Below, one piece after another: positions 12,158-24,253 of a DNA stretch of 47,799 nt. Within the stretch, counting starts at the first letter, position 1; each line of letters begins with the position of its first letter. This DNA is from Nemertoderma westbladi (taxonomy: Eukaryota; Animalia; Xenacoelomorpha), in contig JAUCBJ010007106.1 in the NCBI GenBank assembly GCA_032718475.1, positions 1-47,799 of the forward strand. The letters are read 5' to 3'. The notes under the pieces were generated by a model. That model made no database searches and was not told the origin of the DNA. It worked only from the letters and a program-made list of their open reading frames with translations. The position numbers and the translations under genes are program-made.

Positions 12158-12665
12158 TCAAAAAATGTATTTTTTAGCAATACCGTACTTAGACACCTCC
12201 GTCGGATTTATTTTTAGGCTTTAAACTGTAATCAAGATATCATTAGAACCGCCTTCGGTGAAGTCAGTGAAGAAGAATAGGGGTACGGAACGATTGTCTA
12301 AAATACTCCTATTTGCTATTAGCTACAAAGATCTACTGTACCTAAGAAAACCGCAGTAGCTACCCTAAAATTTAGCACAAATACAGCACAGGAACAAAAC
12401 AATTTTCTAGAACATTATATTGTGATCCTGGATTCATTCTACATGTACTTGAATTGGAAAATGGTGATCTACTAAGTTCACAATTACAGTACATGTAATT
12501 ACAGTATCTTTCACATGATGAGTATTATTTTAATTTCTAACAACCGGTTGCAATGACTTAGCGTCGACGGACCCTGAAAAGGACGCTATAAAACCTGCAA
12601 CTTTCAAACCATCGCATTTTAGCTATTCCGAATTCCGCAACGAAATATTTTTATGTAATTTTATT

Positions 12666-13251
12666 GATCTCCGGACAATTCGTACCCGGTCAATTCGTAC
12701 CCGGACAATTAGTACCGGGCACTTCGTACCCGGATAATTTGTACCTACAATTTTTTTTGACGGGTACGAATTTTCAGGATACAAATTGTCCGGATACGAA
12801 TTGTCCGGATACTGATGACCAGTGAAAGTATGCTATATAATTTTTTTTATACTAGCTAGTTCTTGCTAATTTTTTATAAATGTTATAGAACACGTGTTAG
12901 CTATCAATTATGATGAATATTTTTGTTCTAGAACACATTTTTTATTTTTTATACTAGCTAGTTTTTTCTACTTTAATTTTGATAAATGTTTTTATTCTAG
13001 AATACATTTTTTTACACTAGCTAGTTTTTTCGACCTTTTTATATAAATGTTATACTGTAGAACACGTGTTAGTTATCAATTTGGATAAATATTTTTGTTC
13101 TAGAACACAGTTATTTCTAAAACATGTTTTTGAAAAAAATACCATACTGTTACTGTAGAAGGTCAAATATGTCTGTATTTGTTGTATATTGTTAAATGTG
13201 TTCATATATTGTCTGGACCGAATTGTCCGGGACCGAATTGTCCTACATCCC
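12666..13251. repeat. MITE-like element with 15-bp subterminal repeats
   Basis: ccggacaattcgtac tandem at 12671-12745, with inverted copies (gaattgtccgg) at 12762-12810 and 13213-13245. Confidence 0.5.
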
Positions 13252-13505
13252 ATTTTGACATGTCATAATGTCATTTTAAATTGACTTGGACATTTTGACA
13301 TGTCATAATGTCAAAATGTCATTTTCAAATTGACATTTAGACATGTCAGTATGTCAAAATATCATTTTCAAATTGAAATTTTTCCATTTAGACATGTGAT
13401 TATGTCAAAATGTCATTCTTAAATTGACATTTTGACATGTCATTATGTAGAAATGTCATCTTCAAATTTACATTTTCATATATCATTATGTCAAATGTCA
13501 TTTTA
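13251..13505. repeat. About 43-bp palindromic minisatellite
   Basis: Units of cattttgacatgtcataatgtcaaaatgtcattttcaaattga, about 6 diverged copies. Confidence 0.8.
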
Positions 13506-13919
13506 AATTTTTAAAAATTTGAAAACAAATTTGGAGGGAATTTCAAACATGTTAATTTACAATTGTGTGCATACATGGTGAGCTTATGTTCTATTTTTCA
13601 CTTTTTTATCGCAATAATTTTTATTGTCCGTTTAAATCCTTTTTTTGTCCTTTTTTTTATTTTTTATGTCCTCCAAAAATCTAATGTTAGGTTCCATGCT
13701 ACCAGTTTCTCTACTGCTGTTCTCTCAGGCTATCAGTACCGGTATTAGTATATATAGCACTATTTTGCTGTATTGTATGTACAGATGTACTGTAGGTATA
13801 AAGCAGGTATTTCTGTATTTTAGTACCGGTACCGGCACCGGTACTGCTGTAGGCCTACTGTGTAGCCTACCATTTAAATACGGTACTGGTAGGCCTAACG
13901 GCTGACCGGTTGTTTTGAT

Positions 13920-14528
13920 TATAAAATCCCGCCTCTGTAGCCTGCTCCTTTCCCCCGCCTCTGTAACCTGCCCCTTTCCCTCAATTAGTTAAATGATCGT
14001 TTATTGTTTTGGTTAGAAAATCCCGCCTCTGTAACCTGCTCCTTTCTCTCAATTGGTAATGTTATCGTTTATTGTTTTGGTTAGAAAATCCCGTCTCTGT
14101 AACCTGCTCCTTTCCCTGATTTGGTAAAGTGACTGTTTATTGTTTAGGTTAGAAAATCCCGCCTCTGTAACCTGCTCCTTTCCCTCAATTAGTTAAGTGA
14201 TCGTTTATTGTTTTGGTTAGGAAATCCCGCCTCTGTAACCTGCTCCTTTCTCTCAATTGGTAATGTTATTGTTTTGGTTAGAAAATCCCGTCTCTGTAAC
14301 CTGCTCCTTTCCCTGATTTGGTAAAGTGACTGTTTATTGTTTTGGTTAGAAAATCCCGCCTCTGTAACCTGCTCCTTTCTCTCAATTGGTACTGTTATCG
14401 TTTATTGTTTTGGTTAGAAAATCCCGTCTCTGTAACCTGCTCCTTTCCCTCAATTAGTTAAATGATCGTTTATTGTTTTGGTTAGAAAATCCCGCCTCTG
14501 TAGCCTGCTCCTTTCCCTGATTTGGTAA
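13920..14528. repeat. 68-bp satellite array (continues at 18075-18160)
   Basis: gaaaatccc anchor at 14016, 14084, 14152, 14220, 14281, 14349, 14417 and 14485; related monomers at about 10400-10540, 12030, 22760 and 25960. Confidence 0.92.
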
Positions 14529-14537
14529 CTACTACTA

Positions 14538-16760
14538 CTAGGTCGAGCGAACTCGGACAGTGGAAATGAGATCCTTCCAGGCTTCCCGATTCTCCATAGT
14601 TGTCGCAATTTCGTTTCTCCTAAGTTCAGTATCCCTTTCAAGTTGATCTATATATGTTATGGCCAGTCGTCCACGACTACGCTTTCCATGAGTTGGTTGC
14701 CAGAAAAGTAGATCTGGTATGACCTCGTCTTTACTTCACCAGCAGTGCCCACTGAATCTTAATCTGCGTTCACGGAGGGTGGTTGATACAGGTGGTATAG
14801 TACCATAAAGCTCGGCGTTTGTCATGTGTTGTCTCCAGCTGATGTTTAGGGCTGCCCTTAGTAGTCTTGTGTAGCAACCATCAATTCGTTGTTCAAGTGA
14901 TTTAGTCAGTGTCCAGGTCTCACCCCCATATAAAAATACACTTTCCACTGTGGCTCGAAAGAACTTAGTCTTCAGGTGCCTGGAGAGATCTGATTTCCAG
15001 ATGGTATCCATTTTTGATAGAGCTACCCAAGCCTTTGCTTTCCTAACTTCTATGTCCTTTTTGCTACTCTCTATCCATGATCCAAGGTACTGGAAGTCAT
15101 CGACCTTCCTTAGTTGATTATTATCAATGGTTGTCAAGTTTCCATCAACATTAAAGGTCATGAATTCGGTCTTTGTAGCATTTATATGCAATCCAACCTC
15201 CTTAGCGGCCCTCTCCACTTTATTTAGTAGAAGCTGTGCATCTGCTAGGGTATTAGAGAGCAGGGCGATGTCATCCGCAAAGTCGGTGTCTGTGACTGTA
15301 GTTGCCGGATATCTACTACTTCTGCGTTCTTGAAGTGTGAATCCCAGGTCTTCAACCTTTGTGGCCGTCCTCATTGCGTAATCCAGCACAATTACAAATA
15401 CTAATGGTGCTAATGTGTCACCTTGCAGTACGCCAGCCAGGATTGAGAAAAACTCAGTTTCACCATCTGGTGAGAGTACCTGCGCTTCTGTGTCACAATA
15501 TAACAATCCAATGCCAGCAACAATTACTTCTGGTATTCCATAAGCTCTTAGGATTTCAAGCATTTTACCTCTATGGATGGAGTCGAATGCCTTCTTGAAG
15601 TCCACAAAAGTCATGGCAGCGGGGAGATTCTTTGACTTAATTCCTTCAATCAGTCTCCGTAGTGCAAATATCTGAGCTATTGTTGATCTACTTGGTCGAA
15701 ATCCGTTTTGGCTCTTACGCAGTAGTTTCTCTATGTGAGGCCTAATCCTATATAGAATCATTTTATTGTATATTTTGGCAGCTACCACAAGCAGACAGAT
15801 CCCACGATAGTTTGTTGGTATGCCGAGATCTCCTTTCTTGGGGAGAGGCTTTAGTTGACCTTTAGTCCAAATTGGTGGTGGCTTTTCCCCTTTTAACATC
15901 CGGTTGCAAACATTCAATAATGGTCTGTTTAGCACTCCGGTTTTCCATATCTCCGCTGGGATTTCATCTAATCCACTCGCTTTTTTATTGGACATGCTTT
16001 TAATGCTTCTTTGGAGTTCGGCAGGTGTGAAGTCCCCTGTTTCTATAGGTAGTGTCTTGTCATATATTTTCCTTGTAGGGCTGACCTCGATGTTTGGTGG
16101 CTGCCCAAGCAAGTTGCTGAAGTGATTTTTCCACTTCCCAACACGTTCTTCAGGACTATCAGCTTTGAGGCGCCCCTTTGCACAACTTTTCCGACCAGAT
16201 ACCTCATTTACAGTTTGCCAGATAAGTCTTGATTGTTGCTGTATGTGAGCAGTTGTAATTGCTTCAGTTTTATCCTGTATGTAGTTTTCCTGGCTGATGT
16301 TGTAGGCCAATTTAAGATCGTCCTTAGCTTTCTCAACCTTGTTAATGTTTTCGGTTGTTGGTTGTTTGGTTTTAACTTTGTAGGCTATCTTAAGATCTTC
16401 TCTCTTACAAGTAACCTCAGAGTTTTGCCATGGCACATATTGTTTTCGTTTGGGTTTCTGGGGGATATGCCTCTTAGCTGATTCCTTGTGGGCTGTTATT
16501 ATAGTCTGGTATATTGAATTGGTGGATTGGTCTTCATCCATTGACTGAAGTGCTTCAAAGCGGTTTTGAACATCTACTGTATAAGCATCCTTTACAGCAT
16601 TGTTAGTTCTAAGTTTTTCCCAGTCATATTTGATTTGCTTGCTTGTCCTGGGTTTGCTGGCTCTCAAACTGAGTCTGATCTCACAGTCACAATTCTGTGG
16701 TCCGAACCAATTAGGTTGAACGAGCTGTATGCCTCGCAGTTGATCATGCTGTTTCTCCAC
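14538..16760 (-). pseudogene. RTE reverse transcriptase and C-terminal region
   Basis: 674-aa ORF with all RT motifs; past the TGA at 14736 the frame stays open to a TAG at 14538-14540. Confidence 0.9.
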
Positions 16761-16767
16761 TTTTTGT

Positions 16768-17430
16768 TTATGAGGATGTAATCCAGTTGTGCTTTGGTTC
16801 CATTAGGGTATTGAAAGGTAGCTTCCCCTTACTCTTTTCGAATGTGTTGTTTGTTGGTATCAATTTACATTCTTCCATTAGGTCTAAAAGTAAGTACCCA
16901 TTTATGTTAGAACTGGTGTTATAGGTGTAACCCTTGATGTCTTCTGGGCCAATTTGGGCATTCAGGTCACCAGCAATGACTTTAACATTGTGTTTCGGAA
17001 TGTCCTTTATAAGTCCAGTCAGTTCTTCATAAAACTTGACTGCTTGTTCTGGCTCTGAGGCATTGGTTGGACTGTAGCAACATATAACTGTTGCCTTGGG
17101 ATTCCCATCAAATGTTGCGATCACAACCCTGGAATTTATAGATTCGATGTTGTTTAGGGTCTTAAGTGCAAATGGGCTTAGCAGAATTCCTACTCCACCA
17201 ATTGATGCATTGGCCGAGTTTCTTACTGCTGAGCTTGTTACTAACGTCCATCCATTTCCAATGTCATTGTACTTCATGGCAGTGTCTTCATGACAAATCC
17301 GATGTTCTTGGATGCAGATGATGTCGATGTTATATTCCATTGCCAGAGCGACCATGTCACCCTGTTTGGTATGTGCTTTCAGCGTGCGTGAGTTCATTGT
17401 AGCAATCTTTAGTGTCTTTTTACATTTCAA
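16768..17430 (-). pseudogene. RTE APE endonuclease domain
   Basis: KIATMNSRTL, DIICIQEHR, GGVGILL, CYSPT and AGDLNAQIG. Confidence 0.9.
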
Positions 17431-18382
17431 CAGGTTGGTTCTTCTTTCTTCTCGGTCTTCTGTTCAAGTAGCCAATTTATCGACCCCAGCCTGGTGTACC
17501 ACTGGGGGACGCGGTCCTTTTTGACCCGGGCGACGACCGAGCCGGTATTTCTCCTGGAGGGTTCTCATACTCATATCTTTCAGTTGCGGGAGTAAACCGC
17601 TTGTGGTCGCAACTCCTACAAGCGTTTTCGCAGTAGATCGCCGTTGGTTGATTACCTTCCGCCGACCTTGTCAGCATGTATAGCCGTTGGTTGATTTCCT
17701 TCCGCCTATCCATGGCCTACAGCCCTGCTGCCGACTGTAGGGGTCCTTTTGTTACACCCTGAACCAAGTGTGCCTCCTGGGTTAGGTTACCTAACACTGG
17801 TAGAGGGGCATCCAGTATAGACAGGGCGGGGCGTGTATCATCTCTAATGCAGATGCGTATCAAGCCTTTGCCTTCAATGGTGCCCTAGGCGCTATAGCCC
17901 TCAATGACTTATTTAGTTGACGGGGCTGAACCAACCCACTCTTGATCAACTAAATAATGAATAGGCTATGCTTATCGGGCCTGCCCTACTGGGCTGGCAG
18001 CTACAGGTAGTACCACATTACTGCCATAGTGGTAGCAGGATCTGGGGACCTGACCTGACCTGAAGATGATGATTTGATTTGGTAAAGCGACTGTTTATTG
18101 TTTTGGTTAGAAAATCCCGCCTTAACCTGCTCCTTTCCATCAATTGGTAATTGTTTTTGGCTATAAAATGAGTGTTTTGCTACGTCATGTGGTAATCGAT
18201 TATCGACAACAACCACAAACTATTAAATTTAGAGTCTTTTACCACAGGCGCATATGGAATTCTATCTCATAGTCTATAAATCATGGAATCATGGAATGTT
18301 TTGGCACAGGCATAGTGACAGAGCCCGACATAGTCCGACAGACCAGAAATCAACAAATTTTGAATGTTTTGGCATAGATACT

Positions 18383-21300
18383 GTAGATAGATTTATTTAT
18401 ACATTATGTAAAAACAATAACAAATACACCAAACAATGTACCGGTATAAAGGTATTGTCCAACATAACATATAGGATTACCCCTAAAGCTTTGCAGCTTA
18501 TTTCCAAGGGGGTCCTTTATGTTACTTGGTTACAAATACAATATTACACTACGCTAACCTAAAACCAATATAAAACGTAATTACACTATGTACATGTACA
18601 ACTTTACCGAGAGCGTGACAATGCCCGACTCAACGATAAAGATGTAATGTACAGAACAATTAAAAAACGTAATTATAAAACGTAATTATAAAACGCAATT
18701 ATAAAACGTAATTACAGTATAAATAGTAAATAATTAATAATCTAATAACTTACTGTAGGACTATTGTACCTATTTTTACATTGCACACGGAGATGAGATT
18801 TAACTGCAGATTTAAAAGAATGTTGATTATTTAGGTTTTTAATTTCATTAGGCAGAGCGTTCAAATTTTTTATGCCGTTAAAAAAGAAAGTATCAGATTC
18901 AAAGGATTTACAATTCGGGAGGTAGAAGTTTGAAGCACTAGCTCTGGTACTGTAAGAGTGTGTATCGCGTACTCTGTTGAATTTTTGTTTTAGGTAATTG
19001 GGACATTTACCATTATACACTTTATGCACATGGTTAAGGCGTAGCTGCTTAACTCTACTATCTAAGTTAAGTAGTCCAGATTCAGAAAAGTCATCTGGAG
19101 TTAGGTGGTGCCTAGGTTTGTAGTCTTTAATAAATCGTACTACTTTATTCTGAGCTACTTGTAATTTACATTTAAGCTGTTTGGTTAAGCCTTCATACCA
19201 AGAAGAGCACGCATAGTCCATGTGACACTGTATTAAAGAAGAGCAAAGTAACTTGCGGGAGTCGGTGTTCAAACTATTTTTATTTCTGTATAGAAACCTA
19301 AGCCTACTGTTAACTTTCGAGAAAATATTTTTCACTGTACTTTCTCCTGATAAGCAGTTATCCAATGTGGCGCCTAAATATTTAACTTCCTTTTTATTTT
19401 CCATCTTATGTCCATTACTAGTGACTTCAAACTTAGTTACCTTCTTTAACTTTCTTTTGGAACCAAACAAAATACTTTCAGTTTTACCGTAGTGAATGGA
19501 TAGCTTATTATCAACCAACCACTCATTACAGGATTCTAGAACTGCACTTAACTTTTGGGAAATATGGATAGGATCTTTATGAGAGAAAATAAGAGCACTG
19601 TCGTCGGCATATAAAATGAGTTTAAAATCGGGATCTATACTACTTATCATATCATTTACATAGCATACAAAAAGCAGAGGACCTAATATACTACCTTGCG
19701 GTACACCACAGGTAATCTCTTGTACAGTAGACTGCGATTTGCTAATGACTACAGTTTGACCTCTGTCTGACAGGTAGGACTTGAACCAGTCTATAGAACC
19801 TACACCCATCAGGCCTAACTTACCAAGCAGAATTTCGTGATCTACAGTATCGAAAGCCTTTTGTAGGTCCAACATTACCATACCAGTATATAAACCCTTT
19901 GCGTTATTACATCTAATTGTATCAGTTAAGTTAATAAGGCAGGTGTCTGTAGAATATGATTTACGAAAACCGGACTGAAGTTCATAGATCAGATTTAGCC
20001 TACTAAGATGTGCCTCCAGCTGTAGAAAAACAGAACGTTCTAGAATTTTAGATACAATACTTAAGATACTAACAGGTCTGTAATTACAGGGTTCTACTTT
20101 ACTATTCTTTTTTTACAGAGGAACAACCTTAGCTAATTTCAGTTCGTCTGGTACTACATTATCTACGATAGAGTAATTAATAATAAAAGTAATAGGCACT
20201 TTAAGTACTTCAGCACCATCCTTAAAAAAACGGGCAGGTATTAGATCTAGACCGGTACTTTTTGAGGCTGATAGGCTAAGTAGATTTTTAAAAACGAAAT
20301 CCTCAGAAACGGGTTTTAAAAATAACTTTTCTGAATTTTGTAACTTTTCTAAATAAAAATTATTTAGAGTTTCGGACCCTATACTATATTTATTACTTGA
20401 TAACGGTAACCTCTTAACTAAATTAGAGGCAACATTAGTAAAATAATTATTAAATAAATTACTAACTAGAGTATGATCATGAATCAGCTCACCGTTATCT
20501 TGCAGAACAATATTCGATTTAGATTTAAGGTTTTTATAACCTAAAGATTTTAGGGTAGACCATAGACTTTTAGGATTATCTTTATTCTCACTTATTTTGT
20601 TGTACAAATATTCAGATTTAGCTTTTTTTATTTCCCGTTGGACAAGGTTTCTATATTTGCAGTAATTATTATAATCAGCTAAAACACGGTATTTCCTAAA
20701 TTTATACAAATAGTTATCTCTTTCTCTGATATTACTAAGAATACCCGAGGTCATCCAGGGCTCAGTGCGTTGTTTAAGACTAATTTCTTTAATTGGTGCT
20801 ACAGTATTAAGTGCCTTTAAAAATATATCTTTAAAAACAGTGTACGCAAGGTTAATGTCAGCGGCCTTAAAACAGGGTTCCCAGTCAGAATTAACTAACA
20901 AACTTAAAAAGCGTTCCTTGCTGTAATTTTTCATAGACCTAACTGTTACTGTTTTATGATCCCCGAAAAAAGATTTTTGTGTCTTTCTTGTGCAAAAAAC
21001 TATAAAATGATCGCTTAGACCTATAGGTAAAACCCCAGATTGAGAAATAATATCGGTATTATTACAAAGGATGTGATCTAGTAAAGTAGAAGTTTTACTG
21101 GTAATTCTGGTAGAATCTCGAATAATTTGTTTTAAACCAAACAAATTTAAAATACTTTGGTACTGTTTACAGATGGGGGATGCTTTGTGATGGTAACAGA
21201 TATTAAAATCACCTAAGAAATATATTTCACAGTCTGACCTAAGATTACATAAAATTGTATTTTCAAAATTTTGCAAAAAATCTGATTGTTTAGGGGGCCG

Positions 21301-22020
21301 ATATAAAGTACCGATTAAAATAGGTTTAGTTTTAGGAAGTAAAAGTTCCACCAGTAAAACTTCGTCACAAGTCTCTAAATCTTCCCTACGATTAAAAGCT
21401 AAATCACATCGAATGTAAGTACAGACACCACCACCGTGTCTGTCCCTATCCTTACGTAAAACTACGTAATTCTGTAATTATCAATATAAATTTCTCCATC
21501 AGAAACACTATCATCGAGCCAAGTTTCAGAGATTGTTAAAACTGCTGGGTTGGATTTATTGATTAAAATACGAATTTCGGAAAGTTTTGGAAGCAGAGAT
21601 CGTGCGTTTAAGTGCAAAAATGCAGACCTTTTTTCTTAAAAAAATTAAAAGTTTCACTCTCAGCATCACTTGGAGTTTGCAGAGGCGATGTGAGAAATGA
21701 ATCGTCGGTTTCTGATTCTAAAATTGTATCATGAAAGGGAAGTTCGGTAAAAATACAGCTATTGCAGAGAAAACTTGGTTCAAGATTGTTTCTGGTGGAG
21801 AATAAATTACTGCGTTTCCTACGGTAACATTTTAAATGTACAAATGTGTCACAACTCTCGCATTGGACGATCTTACTCCGAGAGTTTGTTCCTCGTTGAC
21901 AGACGGGACAGTTGATCTTCGGGGCCCGCGTCCTGCTGGGTCCTGGGTTGGTCTCAATATCCATAGGCATAGGCATGTTGAAATCAACTGTCTGACAGTC
22001 CAGAAATCAGCAGTCTGACA
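18383..22020 (-). mobile_element. CR1-group LINE ORF2 (2A-like motif, PHD, APE, RT), frameshifted
   Basis: DIETNPGP; PHD CPVC..CESC..H..C..CNSC; APE YRPP, GDFN, LDHI and SDH; [21 protein letters not shown] and YADD. The 3' UTR has a ggaccccc..ggaaataag..ggggtaatcc stem and AATAAA near 18395. Confidence 0.9.
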
Positions 22021-22197
22021 GTTTGAAGAAATACATACACATACATATAATTATCATTAAAAGGACAACAAAAGTCATTAAAAGGACAACAAAAGTCATT
22101 ATGCACAATTCGTAAAAAAAGGAGGACAAAAAAGTCAAATAAAAGGACATAAAAAATCACTGCCCTTTTTTATTTCAATAGGCCTACCTGCAACAAC

Positions 22198-22284
22198 TAC
22201 TACTACTACTAGGATCGGCATGCTGCATTGCAGCTGCATTTTTAAGAATGCTGTGCCGGCTTGTCAACAAAATGGTGTGTCGGC
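22198..22284 (-). mobile_element. RTE family A extreme 3' fragment
   Basis: (TAG)n tail and family A 3' end, with a 12-bp TSD ACCTGCAACAAC (22186-22197, 22285-22296). Confidence 0.9.
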
Positions 22285-22669
22285 ACCTGCAACAACGCTT
22301 TAGGTAACACATGAAGTGCGAGGAAAAAAATATTCTGGTTACGTTTGTAGAAGAGGGTACAATTACAGTAGAATAGTGTAAGTGTATTACAGTATTATTG
22401 TAAGTGTAACTTTGTACCTTATAATTTACTCAGGTACTGCAGTGCACACTACAATAGTATACTGTACCAGTACCAGTCAGCCAGTACTATGTACTGCAGT
22501 AAATTATACCAGACCACACCTAAAGCATTGTTTCAGATAGCAGGTAGGTCTATTGAAATTGAAAAGTTAAAAATAGAACATCACGAACACCTCACCATGT
22601 ATGCAGACATTGTAAATTAACAGTTTTCGAATTTTTGAAAATGACATTTTTACATATTGACATGTTCGT

Positions 22670-22837
22670 GCGCCAATGTGAAGAATACCAGGATTTCAAT
22701 TAGCATTCGACGTTTTGTTGGAATTTTATATACTGTATGAAGATTTTTTTATACTAATTCGTTTATTGTTTTGGTTAGATTCAGCCCTTCTGTAATCTGT
22801 GTTTTTGGTGTAAACCTGGTATTCTTCACATGGGCCC
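22670..22837. mobile_element. Small MITE carrying one diverged satellite monomer
   Basis: IRs atgtgaagaataccagg / cctggtattcttcacat, flanking direct repeat gttcgt and internal tcgtttattgttttggttag. Confidence 0.6.
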
Positions 22838-23689
22838 GTTCGTGGCGCCCATCTCAGTTTTGAGATACAGATTAATATTGAGAGATTATACTGTATCACA
22901 AACTCGTTATCTAAGAACTTTAACCAAACACCACTAAATCAAAGAGAGGAAAAAGCCCCCCCCCCCCCTTAATTATTTAAAGATCGCATATTATTTAATT
23001 TATTTAATCAACAAAGAAATCAATAAACAAATGTTATTGGTAACATGTTAAACTCAAAGTAATACTGTATATTAAATATTTTAGGTGTGGAGGCGACCAA
23101 ATTTGTAAGAAATATAAAACGTACCTTATGCCGATTGTACTGATACTGAGATATTAATTTATCATGTCAACACCTCAACGAAATTATTTAGGTATACCTA
23201 ATTAATTTAAACTATAATAAACTGTAATTATTCTGAAGAATCATGATTAAGTACTCGGCCAATCATTTTGTAAGCTAAACACAATAACCAAGCTGGCTTA
23301 TTAGTCAGGCTCATTAGAATGCTGCCTTTGAGTAGAAGTGATGTGTGGTTGGACTGGTTCCCCTTCCAAGCTAGGCTAGGCATGCTTGCTATTGCAAGCA
23401 TGTCAACGAAGGAGGTCAGCTATAGCTGGAGGCTGGGCATTTTAATAAGTTAATTACGTTTAAATCAATTAAAAACACATTTCTTAAAGCAAATCTCTTG
23501 AACTAATTAAAAAATATAATTAATATATAACAGTTGTATAATTGTTAAGTATAAATATTTAAATCTTATACTAGAAAATAATTAATATCCTTTAAGAGGC
23601 AGGTTGAAAATGCTGTTTTTACCCTAATCAACTTAATTAACTAATTAACTGCTTTTATCTTAGCTTCTCGAAGGCCACACGGAAATTCA

Positions 23690-23860
23690 ACTTGGAAAAT
23701 TTCTAAACTTTTGACAGACCATATGTGTACCAAGTTTGGATATATTTCATTAACATTTGGCTGAGTTATTAACGTTTAAAATTAAACACAACAGAACGAC
23801 AGACATACCGATTGAGTTAGTGGTATGCTAAGCTGGCTTACTTTCGTGGCTCGCCCCACA
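23690..23860 (+). mobile_element. Helentron/HINE-like non-autonomous element 3' end
   Basis: ccaagtttg core, short GACA-type microsatellite and terminus ttcgtggctcgccccacat shared with 27569-27588. Confidence 0.5.
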
Positions 23861-24253
23861 TGTCAAAATGTTAAAGTTAGTATTTGAATCAGTGTATGTA
23901 GATTGACCAGAAAAGTTAAAAGTTTATTTTATGCTGTAATGTTTAGAAAAACTAAAATTAGCGGGCCGGGCCGGGCCGGGCCGGGCCGTGAAATACCCGC
24001 CCCTGTCTATCTCTGGTTTGGGAAATTTAAAAGCCCGCGAAATTTAATTTTCAAAAAAAATACGACTTAATATGTTTCTTGGGAATATTTTATTGACATT
24101 TAAGCGGAATTACAGGGAGGGGTCAAAGCAAGCGACACACCCCGACTTCATAACTTTAAACTACCACTACCACTACATGAATATACTCACATGCCACTGG
24201 CTGAAATTTGGTCCGTGAACATGGGATAGATGGTTTTTTCATATTGTAACCAG

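Larger units (their letters stand above)
14529..18074 (-). mobile_element. Full-length RTE-clade LINE family B (APE endonuclease + RT), disrupted
   Basis: 11-bp TSD TGATTTGGTAA (14518-14528, 18075-18085) and (TAG)n tail. APE motifs IATMN, CIQE, YSPT, GDLNA and SDH; RT FADD. Frameshifts near 16820 and 16680, premature TGA at 14736. Confidence 0.95.

Noticed and set aside
13920-14528. CRISPR-like periodic array
   Set aside because: Whole 68-bp units repeat without unique spacers, there are no cas genes, and the context is eukaryotic.
17990-18060. Canonical twister or HDV ribozyme core
   Set aside because: CAGG-UCCCCAGAU-CCUG resembles twister P4/L4, but the P1/P2 and GAGGG elements could not be placed; kept only as an unclassified structure.
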